A program made the position numbers and the translations under genes. A stretch of 46,143 nucleotides of DNA from an uncultured Acidimicrobiales bacterium. Its GTDB lineage: Bacteria; Actinomycetota; Acidimicrobiia; Acidimicrobiales; UBA10347. The notes beneath the pieces were generated by a model. That model was not told the origin of the DNA, searched no databases, and worked only from the letters and a program-made list of their open reading frames with translations. The stretch's first letter is position 1. Every line of letters begins with the position of its first letter. The stretch lies in contig CALLPT010000157.1 of NCBI GenBank assembly GCA_938015575.1, positions 1 to 46,143 on the forward strand, read 5' to 3'. Shown piece after piece: positions 1-8,662 of this stretch.

Positions 1-1
1 C

Positions 2-295
2 GACTCGTTCCTGGCTGGCGCCCGGATCTGGCCCTCGTTCGTGCCGACCTCGCCCGACGATCCCGAGTCTGCGAACAACCGAGCCGCCTGGGGTGTCTTG
101 CGCGAGTTCGACGGGCCGATCTTGTGCTGCTTCAGTGACCAGGATCCAGTGACCGCTGGTGGCGAAGCCCCGTTTATGGCGCTACCGGGAGCGCAGGGCC
201 AACCTCATGTGACGATCGAGGGCGGCGGTCACTTCCTGCAAGAGGACAAGGGGCCCGAGATCGCACAGCTCATGATCGAGTTCATGGCCAGCTGA
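2..295 (+). CDS. Haloalkane dehalogenase-like alpha/beta hydrolase, C-terminal part (5' truncated by the window edge)
   Basis: Frame is open from position 2 (DSFLAGARIWPSFVPTSPDDP...). It contains FSDQDPVT and GGGHFLQEDKG, the catalytic Asp/His region typical of HLD-I dehalogenases. Confidence 0.8.
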   Translation, partial: DSFLAGARIWPSFVPTSPDDPESANNRAAWGVLREFDGPILCCFSDQDPVTAGGEAPFMALPGAQGQPHVTIEGGGHFLQEDKGPEIAQLMIEFMAS

Positions 296-339
296 GATCT
301 CTGACGCCGCCCAGGGCGAACAACTAGCCTGCGGGGCGC

Positions 340-1425
340 ATGCGCACCGAGCCATTCGTTCCGCCGCCGTACCCGTTCGATCGTCTCGACGCGGTCAAAG
401 AGATCGCAGCACTCCATCCGCTCGGCATGCTCAATCTGTCGATCGGTGCGCCACACGATCCGCCGCCAGCGGTCGCGATCCAAGCGCTCGCAACGTCGGG
501 CAACGAGGCGGGCTACCCGCCCTGCGTCGGTACGCCGGCGTATCGAGATGCCGCTGCGGCGTGGCTCAATTCGATCGCTGGAACCGACATCACGGGCGCT
601 GACGCGATTGCCATCGTCGGGGCGAAGGAACTCGTTGCGGGCCTGCCGCATTGGCTGCGGCTGCGTCGTCCCGATCTCGACACGGTGCTCTACCCGGCGG
701 TGAGCTACCCGAGCTACGAGTTGGGTGCACAACTTGGCGGGTGCCGAGCCGTGCCCGTGCCGCTCGACGACCAGTGGCGGATGGATCTGTCGGCGGTTTC
801 AGCCGACGACGCCAAGCGGGCGCTGTGCCTGTGGAACGCTTCGCCCGGCAACCCAACCGGCGCGATGGACGACCTGGCCGAGCTCGCTGCATGGGGTCGG
901 GCGCACGACGTGCCGATTTTCTCCGATGAGTGCTACATCGAGTTCACGTGGGACCGTCCGGCGACCTCGATGCTCGAACACGGTTCTGAGGGTGTCGTCG
1001 CCGTCCACTCGCTGAGCAAGCGGTCCAATTTCGCCGGCGCCCGAGCAGGCTTCATCGCCGGCGATCGCGAGATCGTCGACTATCTGGGCAAGGTTCGCCA
1101 ACACGCCGGGCTACTGGTCTCCGCGCCGGTGCAGAACGCGGCGATCGCGGCCTGGGGTGACCCGGCCCACGTCGCCGACCAACGAGAGCGCTACCGCGGA
1201 CGAATGACCAAGATGATCGCTCGGCTCGCTGACATCGGCGTCGACTGTGCAATGCCGAGCGGTGGGTTCTATCTCTGGTTCCGCGACGAGACCGATGATG
1301 GTTGGGCGCTCGCCAATCGCGTCGCAACTGAGCTCGGGGTCGTTGGCACACCAGGCGAGTTCTATGGCGAGGACTGCCACGGCTGGCTGCGGCTCGCGAT
1401 GGTGCAAGATGTCGACGGGCGCTGA
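340..1425 (+). CDS. dapC: PLP-dependent class I/II aminotransferase, succinyldiaminopimelate transaminase-like
   Basis: Motifs LSIGAPHDP, GAKELVA, YPSYELGA, SPGNPTG, SDECY and HSLSKRSNFAGARAGF (PLP lysine) match actinobacterial DapC. Confidence 0.75.
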   Translation: MRTEPFVPPPYPFDRLDAVKEIAALHPLGMLNLSIGAPHDPPPAVAIQALATSGNEAGYPPCVGTPAYRDAAAAWLNSIAGTDITGADAIAIVGAKELVAGLPHWLRLRRPDLDTVLYPAVSYPSYELGAQLGGCRAVPVPLDDQWRMDLSAVSADDAKRALCLWNASPGNPTGAMDDLAELAAWGRAHDVPIFSDECYIEFTWDRPATSMLEHGSEGVVAVHSLSKRSNFAGARAGFIAGDREIVDYLGKVRQHAGLLVSAPVQNAAIAAWGDPAHVADQRERYRGRMTKMIARLADIGVDCAMPSGGFYLWFRDETDDGWALANRVATELGVVGTPGEFYGEDCHGWLRLAMVQDVDGR

Positions 1426-2584
1426 CGGCTCCCTTTCCAAGGAACGGGTCGAGCGACTCGGTGCAGGTTGGCACGACGAGCCGACCCGATCTTCCTCCCT
1501 GCATGCCGATGCCTATGTCCAACCCGAGTGGTTTGCTGCTGACCAGGAAGAGATTGTCCGTCGCACCTGGCAGTGGGTCTGCCATGGCGAGAAGCTCCGG
1601 GCACCCGGCAGCTTCATGACCGAGCTGATTGGCGAGATGCCAATCGTCATCGTGCGCGGTGGGGAACAAGGTGAACCCGGTGAGCTACGAGCGTTCTACA
1701 ACGTGTGCAAGCACCGGGCCCACGAACTCTTGTCGGGGGAGGGCACGACCCGCAACATTGTGTGTCCGTATCACGCATGGAGCTACGACCTGGGTGGGCA
1801 ACTGCGATCGGCTCGCCACACCAAGCATCTGGTCGACTTCGAAACCGAGTCCATCTGTCTCGACCAGGTACAGGTCACCGAGTTCGGCGGGTTCGTCTGG
1901 GTCAATCTCGATCCGGCAGCGCCACCGTTGCCCGAACAGTCCGGTGATCTCGGCGCCGAGATCGCGCACTGGGCGCCCGATGTCGAACAGCTGACGTTCG
2001 CACACCGTCTCACCTACGACATCAACTCGAACTGGAAGAACGTCATCGACAACTTCCTCGAGTGCTACCACTGCCATGTCGCCCACCAAGATTTCGTCTC
2101 GCTAGTCGACATGGACACCTACTCGGTCACCACCCACGGCATCTACTCGAGCCATATGGCCGAGGCTGGTCGCAGCGACGAGAACTCGGCCTATGACGTC
2201 TCCGAAGCGACGGTGCGCGATCACGCGGTCTGGTGGCTGTGGCCGAACACCTGCATGATGCGGTACCCGGGCCGCGGCAATTTCATCGTGCTCAAGGTCA
2301 TCCCGATCGGACCCGAGCGGACCCTGGAGACCTACGACTTCTTCCTCGAAACTTCGGAGCCGAACGAGGCGGAACTCGAATCGATTCGTTACCTCGACGA
2401 GGTGTTGCAGGTCGAGGACATCAACCTCGTCGAGAGCGTCCAACGGGGCATGCGCACGCCGGCGTTCGAGAGCGGTCGCATCGTGGTCGACCCCCAAGGC
2501 TCCGGCTTGTCCGAGCACGGGCTGCATCACTTTCACGGACTCGTCCTCGACGCCTATCGACGCGCCACGAAAGGGAGCTCATGA
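1409..2584 (+). CDS. Rieske non-heme iron oxygenase alpha subunit, CntA/YeaW (carnitine monooxygenase)/choline monooxygenase-like
   Basis: Rieske motif CKHR...CPYH, iron site NWKNVIDNFLECYHCHVAH and ED, C-terminal GSGLSEHGLHHFH. Start moved to ATG 1409 (MSTGADG), which overlaps the dapC stop. Confidence 0.88.
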   Translation: MSTGADGSLSKERVERLGAGWHDEPTRSSSLHADAYVQPEWFAADQEEIVRRTWQWVCHGEKLRAPGSFMTELIGEMPIVIVRGGEQGEPGELRAFYNVCKHRAHELLSGEGTTRNIVCPYHAWSYDLGGQLRSARHTKHLVDFETESICLDQVQVTEFGGFVWVNLDPAAPPLPEQSGDLGAEIAHWAPDVEQLTFAHRLTYDINSNWKNVIDNFLECYHCHVAHQDFVSLVDMDTYSVTTHGIYSSHMAEAGRSDENSAYDVSEATVRDHAVWWLWPNTCMMRYPGRGNFIVLKVIPIGPERTLETYDFFLETSEPNEAELESIRYLDEVLQVEDINLVESVQRGMRTPAFESGRIVVDPQGSGLSEHGLHHFHGLVLDAYRRATKGSS

Positions 2585-3363
2585 TGGGAACACTTGACGG
2601 CCGAGTCGCGATCGTGACTGGTGGACGCGGCGGCGTCGGCCGGGCCGTCTGCGCACGATTTGTCGACGAAGGCGCTCGAGTGTTCGCCGCCGACCTGACC
2701 GACGCGGGTTCCGTCGGTGCCGAACCGGCCCCGGGTGAATTCTTGGCGTTCGACGTCACGTCGGAAGACGCGGTGCGCAGCGGCATGGCGCACATCGAGG
2801 CCGACGTCGGACATCTTGACATCGTCGTCAACGCGGCCGGGATCGAGATCGAAAAGACCATCGAGGAAACGTCGCTCGATGACTGGAACCGGATCTTTGC
2901 GATCAATGTCACCGGCACGTTCTTGACGTCGAAGCATGCGCTACCGCTGCTGCGGCGGTCACCAGCCCGCGACCGCGCGGGTGCCTCGATCGTCAACTTC
3001 GGTTCCTATGACGGGTTCATCGCCGACCCCGGCCTGGCCGCGTATTGCGCTACCAAAGGAGCCGTGCACGCGCTCACCCGTGCCATGGCGTGTGACCACG
3101 GTGCCGAAGGCATTCGCGTCAACGCGATCTGTCCCGGCTATGTCGACACGCCGATGCTCGGATCGTTCTTCGGTGACGCCGACGACGAGGCGGCGGTTCG
3201 GGCCGAGGCGGCGGCTGTGCATCCGTTGCGCACGATTGGCACGCCCACCGACATCGCCAATCTGGTGCACTGGCTTGCGTCTGATGAAGCCCGCTACGCC
3301 CACGGACAACTCTGGGTGATCGACGGCGGGCTGTCCGCCCAGGTGCAGCAGATGCGGCTGTAG
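2581..3363 (+). CDS. Short-chain dehydrogenase/reductase (SDR)
   Basis: TGGRGGVG, VNAAG, YCATK, IRVNAICPG. ATGA overlap with the Rieske gene stop. Confidence 0.92.
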   Translation: MMGTLDGRVAIVTGGRGGVGRAVCARFVDEGARVFAADLTDAGSVGAEPAPGEFLAFDVTSEDAVRSGMAHIEADVGHLDIVVNAAGIEIEKTIEETSLDDWNRIFAINVTGTFLTSKHALPLLRRSPARDRAGASIVNFGSYDGFIADPGLAAYCATKGAVHALTRAMACDHGAEGIRVNAICPGYVDTPMLGSFFGDADDEAAVRAEAAAVHPLRTIGTPTDIANLVHWLASDEARYAHGQLWVIDGGLSAQVQQMRL

Positions 3364-3369
3364 CTCGCG

Positions 3370-3921
3370 CTAGGCGATGCGTTCGCCGGCGGCATTAGCC
3401 GGCGCGTGCTGCGCGTCTTCTTCGCTGAACGGCTGGGTCCAGCAGGCGAACTCGAGCATGACGCCGTCGGGATCCCAGAAATACACCGAGCGCACGTACA
3501 CCCCGTCGTGCATGTCCACCGCGACCGTCGACGGGCTGTTGTCGTGGTTCAACACGTGGCCGATCTCGACACCCTTGGATTGCAACCGCTCGACGTACTC
3601 ATCGAACTTGTCCACGGGAACGCTGAACGCGAGATGGTTCATGGACCCGTGGGCCGTGCGCAGATCGCCCTGCCCGGGAAGCCCCTCAGGGCTCGCGATC
3701 CCGGGAGCTCGTTCGGGCGCGTCGGGGAACCAGAAGAAGGCAACACAATCGCCGTTGCCGCAGTCGAAGAAGAAGTGCTGTGCGCCACCAGGAAGCTCGA
3801 GCGTCTTCACCAACGGCATGCCGAGTGTGTCGCGGTAGAACTCGACGGTGCGAGCCATGTCACTACTGACGAGCGCCACATGGTTGACGCCCTGGAAGTC
3901 GAAGTCGGGATTCGTCGCCAT
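3370..3921 (-). CDS. VOC/glyoxalase family protein
   Basis: GVNHVAL...FYRDTLG, MNHLAF, RSVYFWDPDGVMLEF. Confidence 0.9.
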   Translation of the reverse strand: MATNPDFDFQGVNHVALVSSDMARTVEFYRDTLGMPLVKTLELPGGAQHFFFDCGNGDCVAFFWFPDAPERAPGIASPEGLPGQGDLRTAHGSMNHLAFSVPVDKFDEYVERLQSKGVEIGHVLNHDNSPSTVAVDMHDGVYVRSVYFWDPDGVMLEFACWTQPFSEEDAQHAPANAAGERIA

Positions 3922-3955
3922 CCCCGAACCGTAGACGGCAGCTCGTCGCTCGTCG

Positions 3956-4915
3956 CTAGTAACGCAACGTCACGGTGCGGTGGTGCTCGCCGAACATCGC
4001 GGCGTTCGGGCCGAGAACTGCCTCGGACCACAGTCGGTAGTCGAGTCCCGGCGAGGGCACCTCGACGTTGCGTTGGCGCAGTGCACGACGCAACTCGGCG
4101 CCAGCAAAGACCGTTGCCCAACGCAGTGCATGTTCGTGGGGGGAATCAGCGGCGATCAGTTGCTGGGCGTCGATGGCGGCAGCCAGATCGGCCTGGTACA
4201 CCAGGATGCCCAGGTGCCGAAGCACCCGCGGGAGCATGTAGTCGGGGTACACGGGAAAATCGTCGTAGCCGTGAAAGCCGCCGGCGTCCCACCCGGCGCC
4301 GGCCGCCATGATGGCCGCGGCCAGGTGCGAGAGCTTGTCGAACGGCAACGTCCCTGCCGCGGTGTCCGGCCGGTCCTGATACGCGGGCATCGTGTCAGAC
4401 AATGCGGCCGCGATACGCACACCGTCGCGGCCCATCGCGTCGACGAGGTTGCGAGCCGACCCGTCCCAACGGTCCGTGATCGTTGTGGCGACGCGCCGAA
4501 GCAGGTCGACGCGTTCGGGGATCATCTGCAAGGTCCCCTGTCCAGCGAAGAGCTCCGCTCCTTCGCTGTCGCCGAGGTTCGCGAATCGAGCCAGGTCGAG
4601 CCCATCGTCTTCGAGCGTCTTGGTGAACACGGCGAAGATGCCGGGCGCATCGTCGAGCCACTGCCCGTCGAGTTCGCAGTGCCACATCTGCTCGCCATCA
4701 GGCGGCCACAAGCACGCGAGCACCGAGACCGAAAGCGTCACGTAGTCGAACCACCATGACTCGTCGCGCTCGGGCGGTGTGCCGGGATAGTCGAACGTCG
4801 GCAACGGAAACGTGTCGTCCTTCCACATGTCGGCGACGCGAGCGATTGCAGCATCGTCGACGGCGACGCCCCACGAGGTTGGGGGGCGTTGCTGTTCGAG
4901 ATCTACGAAGTCCAC
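3956..4915 (-). CDS. Queuosine salvage family protein (Qng1/DUF2419-like nucleotide N-glycosylase), divergent
   Basis: PDYMLPRVLRHLGILVY...LAAAID...I...EHALRWAT, LDYRLW and C-terminal HHRTVTLRY follow the DUF2419 pattern. GTG 4915 is preceded by TACGGT-N6. Confidence 0.8.
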   Translation of the reverse strand: MDFVDLEQQRPPTSWGVAVDDAAIARVADMWKDDTFPLPTFDYPGTPPERDESWWFDYVTLSVSVLACLWPPDGEQMWHCELDGQWLDDAPGIFAVFTKTLEDDGLDLARFANLGDSEGAELFAGQGTLQMIPERVDLLRRVATTITDRWDGSARNLVDAMGRDGVRIAAALSDTMPAYQDRPDTAAGTLPFDKLSHLAAAIMAAGAGWDAGGFHGYDDFPVYPDYMLPRVLRHLGILVYQADLAAAIDAQQLIAADSPHEHALRWATVFAGAELRRALRQRNVEVPSPGLDYRLWSEAVLGPNAAMFGEHHRTVTLRY

Positions 4916-4972
4916 GGCCGAACCGTACCGGCCCCTCGTAGTCGCGTGGGGCGCCGCGGCTAGCGTTTGGCC

Positions 4973-5425
4973 ATGATTCGACACCTCGAAGTTTCCCGTG
5001 ACATTGCCGCATCGCCCGAGGCGGTCTACGACGCAATCGCTGATGTGACACGTATGGGGGAGTGGTCTCCGGAATGCCACACATGTGAGTGGGTCGAAGG
5101 CGCAACCGGCCCCGAGGTCGGCGCCCAGTTCATGGGCCACAACGCCAACAACGGTGCGGAGTGGTCGATCGTGAACACGGTTACGGCCGCGGATCGAGGC
5201 AAGCGCTTCGCCTTTGACTGCACGAGCCGTGACTTCCATTTCGCCACGTGGGCCTATGAGTTCGAGGCGACCGACGGCGGATGCCGAGTGACCGAGATTT
5301 GGGACGACCTGCGTCCAGACGAGGTGATCAACCGCCCTTCGATCTCTGGTGTCGAAGACCGAGCCGAGTTCAATCGCCAGTCGATGGCAACCACGCTCGA
5401 ACGCGTGGCGGCCGCCGTCGAGTAG
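4973..5425 (+). CDS. SRPBCC (polyketide cyclase/START-like) family protein
   Basis: IAASPEAVYDAIADVTRMGEWSPEC, FMGHN, WAYEFE, GCRVTEIW. Confidence 0.88.
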   Translation: MIRHLEVSRDIAASPEAVYDAIADVTRMGEWSPECHTCEWVEGATGPEVGAQFMGHNANNGAEWSIVNTVTAADRGKRFAFDCTSRDFHFATWAYEFEATDGGCRVTEIWDDLRPDEVINRPSISGVEDRAEFNRQSMATTLERVAAAVE

Positions 5426-5427
5426 CC

Positions 5428-6111
5428 GTGCCGCGTACCCGACAGGTCGCGCGAGACGACGCGCATCCTCGAGCCCAACAGCTGTACTCGTTGCTCTTCG
5501 GGTCGCGCGATCCGGTCGCCGAACCCGGTACCGAAACCGGCACGCCCGGCAACTGGTGGACGGTCACGGCGGCAGTCCCTGACCTGTTCGATCACATCGT
5601 CGACGGCTTCGCCTTTTACCGATCGCCGGAGCGGGTTCTCGATCCGCAACTGCGTGAGCTCGGCCAAACCCGCACTGGCTATACGCGCGGCAGCCAGTTC
5701 GTGTTCTCTCAGCACTGCAAGGCCGCCAGGTCGGTCGGGTTGAGCGAGGCGAAGATCGACGCGATCCGCCACTGGAGCGTGAGCGACGTCTACTCGCCGA
5801 TCGAGCGGGCCGTGCTGGCCTATACCGACTGCCTGGTGCTCCAAGGTGGTCGAGTGCCCGACGGTGTCTTCGACGCGCTGCGAGACGAGCTCAGCGAAGA
5901 AGCGATCCTCGAACTGACCTACATCGTCTGCACCTATGACATGCACGCCACCATGACCAAAGCGCTGCGCATGGAGTTCGACGATGTCGACGATCGCATC
6001 GTCGAGGTTCCTGCTCCGCCCTCGACCGAGCAGGGCGCGGGCGTCGACGCGATGGCCGTCGTCGATGGAGCGAGCGTTGATGGAGCGAGCGTTGATGGAG
6101 CGAACGACTGA
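5428..6111 (+). CDS. Carboxymuconolactone decarboxylase/AhpD-like family protein
   Basis: LDPQLRELGQTRTGY, FVFSQHCK, ERAVLAYTD, ILELTY. GTG start 2 nt after the upstream stop. Confidence 0.8.
   Translation: MPRTRQVARDDAHPRAQQLYSLLFGSRDPVAEPGTETGTPGNWWTVTAAVPDLFDHIVDGFAFYRSPERVLDPQLRELGQTRTGYTRGSQFVFSQHCKAARSVGLSEAKIDAIRHWSVSDVYSPIERAVLAYTDCLVLQGGRVPDGVFDALRDELSEEAILELTYIVCTYDMHATMTKALRMEFDDVDDRIVEVPAPPSTEQGAGVDAMAVVDGASVDGASVDGAND
6064..6103 (+). repeat. 15-bp tandem repeat GATGGAGCGAGCGTT, about 2.7 copies, encoding (DGASV)n
   Basis: Read directly: gatggagcgagcgtt gatggagcgagcgtt gatggagcga. Confidence 0.9.
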
Positions 6112-6112
6112 C

Positions 6113-6991
6113 CTAGTCGAGTGTCACCGCAGCGGGGCTGACGGCGAGGCCGGCGACCTCGGTCTCCAGCACGAACACGGCACCGGCCCGGTCCGTGGGT
6201 GCTCCCTCGGAGCCCGAGACGATGTAGAGCTGGCGAAGATCATCGCCACCAAAACACACGCTCGTGCACATGGGGAGCGGGATATCAACAAAGGTGCGCA
6301 CCGCGCCGGTTGACTCGAGGACCGCGACACCACCGCCGCCTGCAGCGAGCGCAACCCAAACCGTTCCGTCCTCGCTCACGACGAGCCCATCAGGTACACC
6401 CCGGTCGAGTTCGGCGAAGACCGTCTTCGGCCCGAGCGTGCCGTCCTCGAGCACGTCGTAACGCATGACGGCCCGGCGAGTTGAGTCGGCGTGATAGAGC
6501 GTGGCGCTGTCGGGTGAGAAGCCGAGCCCGTTCGTCAACAGGATCTCGTGGCCAACGACCTGGGAGGTGCCATCGGTGTCGATCATCCAGAGCGCGCCGG
6601 GCACTTGACCGGCATTGTCTGCGAAGGGGCTGGCCCGAAGCTCGCCCACGTAGATGCGACCGGCCGCGTCGGTGGTTAGGTCGTTGAACCCGACCTGTCC
6701 GAATTCTTCGGCTTGCGTCAGGAGCGCGATCGAGTCACCACCGTCGAAGGGCTTGAACGCGACGTTGCGTCCGCTCACGATCATCCCTTCGCCATTGGCG
6801 TGCAGCGCCATGCCGCCGATACCGCGCCGATGCTCCAGCACCGTCGAGACCTCGCCGTGCGGCGTGACGGCGTAGACACCACCACCCTGCACATCGCTGA
6901 ACAGAAGACCACGATCGGGGTGCCAGACCGGACCCTCGATCAGGCCATATCCCTCGGTCAGTTTCTCAAGAGCCATAGTCGAGTCTGTCAC
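6113..6991 (-). CDS. SMP-30/gluconolactonase/LRE family protein
   Basis: EGPVW, LFSDV, FNDLTTD..GRIY, NGLGFSPD, PDGLVV, TSVCFGG. Start could instead be ATG 6976. Confidence 0.9.
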   Translation of the reverse strand: MTDSTMALEKLTEGYGLIEGPVWHPDRGLLFSDVQGGGVYAVTPHGEVSTVLEHRRGIGGMALHANGEGMIVSGRNVAFKPFDGGDSIALLTQAEEFGQVGFNDLTTDAAGRIYVGELRASPFADNAGQVPGALWMIDTDGTSQVVGHEILLTNGLGFSPDSATLYHADSTRRAVMRYDVLEDGTLGPKTVFAELDRGVPDGLVVSEDGTVWVALAAGGGGVAVLESTGAVRTFVDIPLPMCTSVCFGGDDLRQLYIVSGSEGAPTDRAGAVFVLETEVAGLAVSPAAVTLD

Positions 6992-7058
6992 TCACCGACG
7001 AGGCCAACATCAGTCGACGAGAACGCACCGCTGCTCGGTGTTCGGCGCGCGGCCTGCG

Positions 7059-7799
7059 TTACAACGCGGTCATGCCGCCATCGACAACGAACTCGCACCC
7101 GGTGCAATAGCTGGCATCGTCGCTGGCGAGAAACAGTGCCATGTTCGCGACCTCGAGCGCCGAAGCGGTCCGCCCCATCGGCACGAACTGGTTCACGGTT
7201 CGCTCACTGTCCTGGCCGTCGAGGACCGCGTTGTTGAGCATCTCCGTGTCGATCAATCCCGGGTGAATCGAGTTGACGCGAACGTTGCGCCGGCCGTTCT
7301 CGACCGCGGCTGCTTTGGTCATGCCGCGCACCGCCCACTTCGACGTGAAGTAGGCAAACGCGTTAACGCCGCCCTGCATGCCGGCGACCGAAGAGATGTT
7401 CACGATGGAACCGCTTCCGGCGTCGCGCATGTGTGGCGACACGGCGCGCATGCCCAAAAAGACGCCGGTGCAGTTGATGTCCATCACGCGGTTGAAGTCG
7501 TCGACGTCGATCTCGAAGTGGCGGCCGTGGGTATAGATGCCGGCATTGTTCACGAGCACGTCGATCCGGCCGTGTGTCGCGACGACCTCGTCGATGATCG
7601 ATGACCAGGCGGCCTCGTCACGCACATCGAGACTCCGATACGTGCCCCCCATCTCGCCGGCAACGGCTTCGCCTTCGGCATCGAGCACGTCGGTCAGCCA
7701 AACGGTTCCGCCTTCGGCGCCAAACAGGCGGGCCTCGGCCTCGCCTTGGCCGCGAGCAGCACCAGTGATCACACAGACTTTGTCATCGAGTCGTCCCAT
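7059..7799 (-). CDS. SDR, 3-alpha/20-beta-hydroxysteroid dehydrogenase-like
   Basis: MGRLDDKVCVITGAARGQG, NNAG, NISS, YFTSKWAVRGMTK, VRVNSIHPG. Confidence 0.9.
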   Translation of the reverse strand: MGRLDDKVCVITGAARGQGEAEARLFGAEGGTVWLTDVLDAEGEAVAGEMGGTYRSLDVRDEAAWSSIIDEVVATHGRIDVLVNNAGIYTHGRHFEIDVDDFNRVMDINCTGVFLGMRAVSPHMRDAGSGSIVNISSVAGMQGGVNAFAYFTSKWAVRGMTKAAAVENGRRNVRVNSIHPGLIDTEMLNNAVLDGQDSERTVNQFVPMGRTASALEVANMALFLASDDASYCTGCEFVVDGGMTAL

Positions 7800-7907
7800 A
7801 ACCCGATCATGGGGCGTGACGTGTCGATCATCCAAGGCTGATCGCTGGATCCACGAGACATCCGTCGCTGATCCGAACCGTGGCGGGCGAGTCGTAGTCT
7901 GCGGTGC

Positions 7908-8654
7908 ATGGGACTTCTCACGGACAAGGTCGCACTGATCACGGGCACGAGCAGCGGTATCGGCTCAGCAATTGCCGAACGATTCGTCGCCGAGGGCGCC
8001 ACGGTCGTGGCCTGGTCGCGACGCGCGACGTCGATCGAGGGAGTCGGCTGGCGCCCGGTCGACGTCGCCGATAGCGCTGCGGTCGACGACGGCGTCGCCT
8101 CGATCTTGGCCGAACACGGTCGTGTCGACATTGTCGTGAACAATGCCGGCGTGCAGCTCGAGAAGTCGATCGCCGATACCACCGACGAGGACTACGACCT
8201 GGTCATGGACGTCAATGTGCGGGGCGTGTTCAACGTTGCTCGAGCTGCGGTTCGAGCGATGGCCGGGGCGGGCGGAGGGGCGATCGTGAACATCGGCTCC
8301 ACCGCCGCGACACACGCCGACCACGGCATGGCCGTCTACAACGCCAGCAAGGGTGCGGTGCATTCGCTGACGCGGGCCATCGCCGTCGACCATGGCGTCG
8401 ACGGGGTGCGCTGTAATGCGATCGCTCCTGGTTGGGTGCTGACGGCGATGGCCGATGCCGCGTTCGAAGCGATGGACGACCCCGCGGGCGCTCGCGATGC
8501 CGCGACTCGGCGACATCCGGTCGGGCGAATGGGCGACCCGAGTGATGTCGCCGGGCTGGCCGCATGGCTCGCGAGCGACCAGGCCGCGTACGCGACCGGG
8601 TCGGTCTTCACGATCGACGGCGGCGCAATGGCACAGAGCGCAGTCAGCGCGTAG
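7908..8654 (+). CDS. Short-chain dehydrogenase/reductase (SDR)
   Basis: TGTSSGIG, NNAG, YNASK, RCNAIAPG. Confidence 0.92.
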   Translation: MGLLTDKVALITGTSSGIGSAIAERFVAEGATVVAWSRRATSIEGVGWRPVDVADSAAVDDGVASILAEHGRVDIVVNNAGVQLEKSIADTTDEDYDLVMDVNVRGVFNVARAAVRAMAGAGGGAIVNIGSTAATHADHGMAVYNASKGAVHSLTRAIAVDHGVDGVRCNAIAPGWVLTAMADAAFEAMDDPAGARDAATRRHPVGRMGDPSDVAGLAAWLASDQAAYATGSVFTIDGGAMAQSAVSA

Positions 8655-8662
8655 TCCGCTGG

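Noticed and set aside
1247-1408. Long N-terminal extensions in the ORF track (also 2233, 5239, 5281, 10991, 17943, 18332, 19618, 36255, 40622)
   Set aside because: They overlap neighbouring genes or promoters. Downstream starts match family N-termini and -10 or overlap signals.
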